Source: Spongospora subterranea f. sp. subterranea
Taxonomy: Eukaryota
DNA: 22,632 nucleotides
Reading direction: 5' to 3'
Assembly (NCBI GenBank): GCA_049724395.1
Contig: JAUGWO010000038.1
Location: forward strand, 186,001-208,632
Shown: piece after piece, positions 17,860-22,632 of the stretch
Layout: every line of letters begins with the position of its first letter
Numbering within the stretch: the stretch's first letter is position 1
Notes under the pieces: model-generated
Seen by the model: only the letters and a program-made list of their open reading frames with translations
Told to the model about the DNA's origin: nothing
Database searches by the model: none
Program-made: the position numbers and the translations under genes

Positions 17860-20800
17860 TTAAATCTTAACATAGAACACATAATAAGAGAGACTTCGGG
17901 TTTCAAATTTGCCTTCCACATAACAGGCTCTGCCGTCGTTCTCCAGGTCGTTGTAATAATACCAACCAGGAATTTTGACGGTTTTTTGACGCAAGATGTG
18001 GTTTTTTGCATAAAAATGTGAACCTGTGTCCGATGTGGATGAGATGCGAGCAACAAGACGCCAGTGGAACCCGTTAGCAGTAACTTGTTCATTACACATC
18101 AGGCTTTCAGATGCACACTCTACTGGCAGCTCGATCAACATGATATTCTCTGGCATTGATATAATCTCGCGAACATCTTTCGTAAGAACCTGGGAACCAT
18201 ATGAATACACAGCAACGGAACATGCTTTCAGCCTCTACCACATCACAGGCCGGGTCTGAGCAAAGTCGGTTGGTCATTTCAAAGGCACCAGCAGATAGTA
18301 GAAGGTCCAAAACCGCCTGCACAGACGAACTCGCAGCTTGTTCCACCATATACTGCCGAATGTTCTATGGAAAGCAAACTTACTGACTGTTAACCTGTTT
18401 TTTCACAAAAGAACATACCAGGATGAACCAGCGCTGGACACCGGGTTTCTGGATGGGTTGTATGTGCCCGTTATGGCAGATAAATGTACGCTGTGGTCGG
18501 GTGAATATTCATATGCCCATCGCAAGACGATTACTGACCTGTACGTCAAAGGATACTTGTTTATAAACATCTTCGGAAGCCTGTTTCAAGAGATGTTCTA
18601 AAACATCGAAAGGATTGCCAAACGCGTTGGCCGCATATAACTTGATATCGTGAATTATCCACGATGTCAGAATTCTTAGTCCTTTCGAAAGCTCTTTCTT
18701 GACGCGGTTCTCTGGGCAGCCTCGACGCTTGCTCAAGTGCACCATCGTTTTGGAGAATATATTCGTGGGGCTGTACTCGTTAGTTTTGATCTATGCCAAA
18801 AAATTAGTTCAAAGAAACTAATACCCGGCCTGCAGCATACATCAATGTAATCAAAAACGGCATTTAAACATTCCAAAATCGTCGTCACATAGCACGTATT
18901 GTTCGTGTGTGCGTAGGATTGATAGGTCACGTGTGGGTCTCGGGAGACGTTTCTACTGCCTTTAGGCCTTCCAAGTTTTGATTTAGATTCTGACTTATTG
19001 GTTAACAATTTTTTCGACGTGTCGGGTGGGCGTCCGTCGTTTTCATATTGCGAACGTTGACGTTTACGATGTGTGACGGCTGAGGACGTGGTTAAAGTAT
19101 GGCATTTTTCAATGCTCCGCTTCCATCGTTCGGCTACACCTGACAATTGTTTCGGTATCTAGACTACAGATGTGGTCTCAGATTGACTTACCGTAATTTA
19201 TCGCTCGCCCAACAAGGACGTCGGCGAAATCCTGCTCCAAAGTCCCAGAAAACAACATCAGAGATGTTAACCCGAAAACCATCGAATTCTTGGTTTCAGC
19301 AATTTGATAAAACATTGAATGCATAGCTTCGATTGGATTGGTATCGTTGCGTGACTTCTCTGCGAACTCTGCATCCATGAATTTCCTTTTACAACGGAAA
19401 ACGAGGCGAGCGACACTCTCTTTTAGCCACCATTCAAACCACATGGCAGCGTTGGGATACGTGACCTAAAAAAATTTAGACAAGGTAGTCCGTTACGCGC
19501 AAATCGCACTTGAAGGGCATCAATAGCGATGTTGAAAGCGTCCTCCATGGGTTCTCGAACAGCTTGCTTTACAAGGTGTAAAAACTGTCCATTGTCCCCC
19601 ATTTCTGATCCGACAATTGCAGAATTCCTACTGATTCTCTCCGCCGAGTTGATGAAGTGCACTTCACAGCCTTTGATTAGACTATTTGCATCCTCTGTCA
19701 ATGTATCAAGACAGCATTGAATTCCCAAATCCCGATAGTAATCGCTCAACACCTACAGCACAGTAAGTGACTATTGAGATTACACCTGTTTATGATTGAC
19801 CTTCACGTATGCTGCTACAAATCCCTGGTTTTGGGCTTTGGAATAATCCATAACTGCCCCACAAAGTTGACGGAACAATGAGACACGGTCATTCATCGTA
19901 AAGTCGCCAGGTTGGCTCCGTAACCGAGACATGATCATTTCAAGCAAAACCACGAAATGAACTCGATGATGCTCGCTGGTGAGCCCGTCAAGCCACGAGT
20001 ACAAAACAGGAACCCACCTTTTGATCAACACGCAGTAAACGGCAGACGTCATCAAGTATCCGTTTTTAAAAAACGAATACGTGACGTCAGAAACGCACCC
20101 TCCACACTGGCGTCCTGTTAGCTCGTTTTGATCGACAAGCCTAGGGAAGAGATGGTTTTGGAATTGGATGGGTCTCGCGCATATCTAGAAAAAAACCTTT
20201 CAATCATGAAGGGAGAAGCAACAGACACGTGCATTCGTGATAAATGCAGGTCATTGGATCGGAGGCTATTTGTGAACGTAGTTTGGAACTGTTTGATCTG
20301 ATCCAATGTTTCGGAAACGCCTGTTGCGTTGATTAGATTAAGAAAACTTTTGTAAACCTATGAAAAAAATACCTGGCAGTGTAATACCTAGTTCCTTCAA
20401 AATCTCCCTGCGAAAGTAGGCGACCCTGCCTTTGTTCCCGAAAGCTGGCGAAATGTGCCGTATTGATTCGGTGGACGGACCCGGAGCTCCAACGATCAGC
20501 TGCATCGCCGTTTTGTTGGGCGCAGCGGAAATAATGTCAACGAGCTTCGCCTTCGTGTACACATCCGGCTTGTTCGTATGTGGGACATCATGTTTGTGAA
20601 TGCCATGATGCAAGATAATGCACCGGTCTTTCAACCAGTGATGAACCCACAAAACCTTGCATTCGCACTTGACATGCTCAAGGTCCATTAAGCAATTCTG
20701 ACAAACACTATAGAGCAAGGAGTTATTTTAGCCTATTCGCAAGTGTAAAACGAACCTCTGTATGATCAGTGATGGCTTATTCTGATTGGGCCGTTTGATA

Positions 20801-21105
20801 ACTTGGCACTCGCTGTTGGAACAGCGGATAAGGCCCGCACAAACTTTGTATTGCAGAGTTATGGCAACATCATTGGTTTTGGGATTAAGTAATTTCTTAG
20901 ATTTTGTGCAGCGAAACTGCCAATGGCTGTATCGCTGCATCAAATTCGCTTTTTCCGACATCCGTTCGAACCTATAACTGCATTCACCGCTGATAGCCAG
21001 TGGAACGCCATCTTTGTCCAGCTGGTGCTCACTACTGTTAACAGGTGAATATGCGAAGTCCTGTTCTTCGAAATCACACGCTTGCCAATCCATTCGCTTC
21101 ACCAT
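17860..21105 (-). CDS. Transposase: GCM-type zinc DNA-binding domain + MULE DDE core + AT-hook + USP (C19)-like peptidase; 11 exons, ~914 aa
   Basis: GT-AG introns at 20708-20755, 20321-20372, 20141-20196, 19753-19800, 19466-19509, 19140-19191, 18791-18840, 18491-18538, 18365-18418 and 18190-18238 leave 2745 nt in frame with no internal stop. Motifs: YKVCAGLIRC..C..RP, HHGIHKHDVP; SDVTY (D at 20086-88), VMDYS (D at 19846-48), GCEVH (CxxH), TNPIEAMH (E at 19328-30); LGRPKG; NNTCYVTTILECL; GSHFYA; WYYYND; YYVFY. Confidence 0.88.
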
Positions 21106-21189
21106 GACGAGAACTGAAATGCGGACATCACGAGGTATTCCCTTCGCCAGATTTTAGTCCGCGCAAAATGTGATATTCCACGTGACGCA

Positions 21190-21474
21190 GTTTCTAGGCC
21201 AGTATGTGCGGCCAGCTTTTGCAGGTTTTGGCCAGCTAGTGCGGCCAGTGAATTCTGTTACACCCTAGTTAGGGTGTGAATTAACTGGCCGCAATCGCTG
21301 GCCTACTTTGATCAATCAGGCCAGTGAATGCGGCCAGTTAATTCACACCCTACCAGCGGCCTACAGAAAACACTGGCCGCACTAACTGGCCAAGAAACTG
21401 CGGCCAGTTAGTGCGGCCAGTGTTTTCTGTACGGTGGGCGCCGGTAGAGGGGATAGGCCGTTTTCTGTAGGCCC
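21190..21474. repeat. Right TIR (reverse complement of left modules C, B and A)
   Basis: C at 21217-21267, B at 21270-21352, A at 21358-21431, then a spacer and the terminal TTTTCTGTAGGCCC (21461-21474). Confidence 0.95.
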
Positions 21475-21956
21475 GTATTTTACTGTGAGGGGGTGATGTG
21501 CGTGGTTCACAGTGCGCGACCCCAACAATCTCGGGCACGGGCCGCGCTCAGTCTCATCTGTGTATTTCCCGGTCCCCTCGTCATCTGAAGCGAACTTTCA
21601 TACTGCATTTAAAGGGTTGGCGTCGAGATCAGTATGGCGTTGGGGAACAGTATCATATTTCATGGGGCCATTGGCATCACCATTGGCGTCGCGTTTGGCT
21701 ATGTGTAAGGGGTATTTGGTTCGCCGTTGCCTTGACCTCACTACGCTTATGGCAGGTGGAAAACCTACCATTGGGGGCAAATCCGAAGGACCCGAGCGTT
21801 TTACGAGAACTTGGAGAAAGAAGCAGCCTCTACCTCTCAATAAAAGGGTGGATCAGTGTTATTAATAAACCGTGCGGCAGTCGGAAAGGGTGATTCTGAA
21901 GAAGTACAAACGACGCCAGTGGACATTGCATCAAATATTAATTCTACAGTATATTA

Positions 21957-22632
21957 TTATTGAAAATATCTCTTCAGATTTGCTTGCTTGTAATCAGCGC
22001 GAAGCTTGACGTAAAGATGGAGTTCTTCTCTGGGGATATGTGATGGCGATAGGGTTGGATCATCAGTGATCAATGATCGAAGACCATCGGCTGGGACGGC
22101 GAACACATTCGCAATATGGCGCAACGTCTCAAACCTGTCAGATACAGCAGGAACATGGAAATCGCGCAAACAATCCTATACAACCGATCAGCCCAGCTGT
22201 TGAAATTATGTTAAATGTACATCAACCTGATATTCGCGAATATCCCTCATTAACAGCAACGCACCGGCATTCGATATCGTATACGATTTCAAATGACCGG
22301 TTATAAGATCGTAGAGGCGGATTCCGAGTATAAGCAGATATTGATCTACAGGTGGCGTCAGCTCAGGAAGGATAACGCACAACAGTAATGAATAATACCA
22401 AGATTCCTCCCTTTTAGAGATTTCAGGACTGAAGCCGTATGATTTTGCATAAAAGTGACCACTTCTGTACACGCCACAGAACAGCCACTTCCATCGGGCA
22501 ACACCGAATCCTCTTTAGGTCGAAAATCGGTTTTTTGCTGAAGACGGCTAAGGGTCTTTGAGCAATACTCAATCCTTACCGCACCTGCGTTGAAGTTATT
22601 TTCTCCTCGATCAATGTAAATACCTTCCACTT
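21957..22632 (-). CDS. SEC10: Exocyst complex component Sec10/EXOC5, 3' part (truncated by the window end)
   Basis: Spliced translation LSRLQQKTDFRPKED..ACTEVVTFM..SLKGRNL|DQYLLILGIRLYDLITGHLKSYTISNAGALLLMRDIREYQ|DCLRDFHVPAVSDRFETLRHIANVFAV...YVKLRADYK matches the conserved Sec10 C-terminus. Confidence 0.88.

Larger units (their letters stand above)
17255..21474 (-). mobile_element. Mutator-like (MULE) DNA transposon, apparently full-length and potentially autonomous
   Basis: Long inverted repeats (17347-17553 vs 21217-21422, three differences) and outer ends GGGCCTAC...GTAGGCCC enclose a single spliced DDE transposase gene. No target-site duplication found, so the exact ends are uncertain. 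Confidence 0.88.

Noticed and set aside
19155..19170. Apparent stop or frameshift in the transposase after INYG
   Set aside because: Using the acceptor at 19140 (ttgtcag) restores the frame as INYGVAERWKR.
21350..21893. Overlapping ORFs between the right TIR and SEC10
   Set aside because: No recognisable motifs; one ORF simply translates TIR sequence.

Overview
Intron-dense eukaryotic DNA, probably from an early-diverging fungus (inferred from GT-AG introns and protein style). Host genes: a GT47/exostosin-like glycosyltransferase (4110-5841, +), a P2-type cation ATPase of about 26 exons with a ~214-aa N-terminal extension (6303-12875, +), and the 3' part of exocyst SEC10 (21957 to the window end, -). 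The main discovery is a ~4.2-kb Mutator-like DNA transposon (17255-21474) with long modular palindromic TIRs. The ORF track shows only fragments, but removing ten 44-56 bp GT-AG introns by hand gives one uninterrupted ~914-aa protein: GCM-type zinc DNA-binding domain, MULE DDE core, AT-hook, and a C-terminal USP (peptidase C19)-like deubiquitinase domain with Cys, His and Asp motifs present. The TIR repeat unit resembles the animal GCM binding site. Regions 1-3700 and 13000-17250 look like decayed genes and TE remnants, including a related TIR fragment. Three +1 frameshifts in otherwise intact host genes suggest assembly indel errors. All calls rest on motif recognition by eye, with no database searches.
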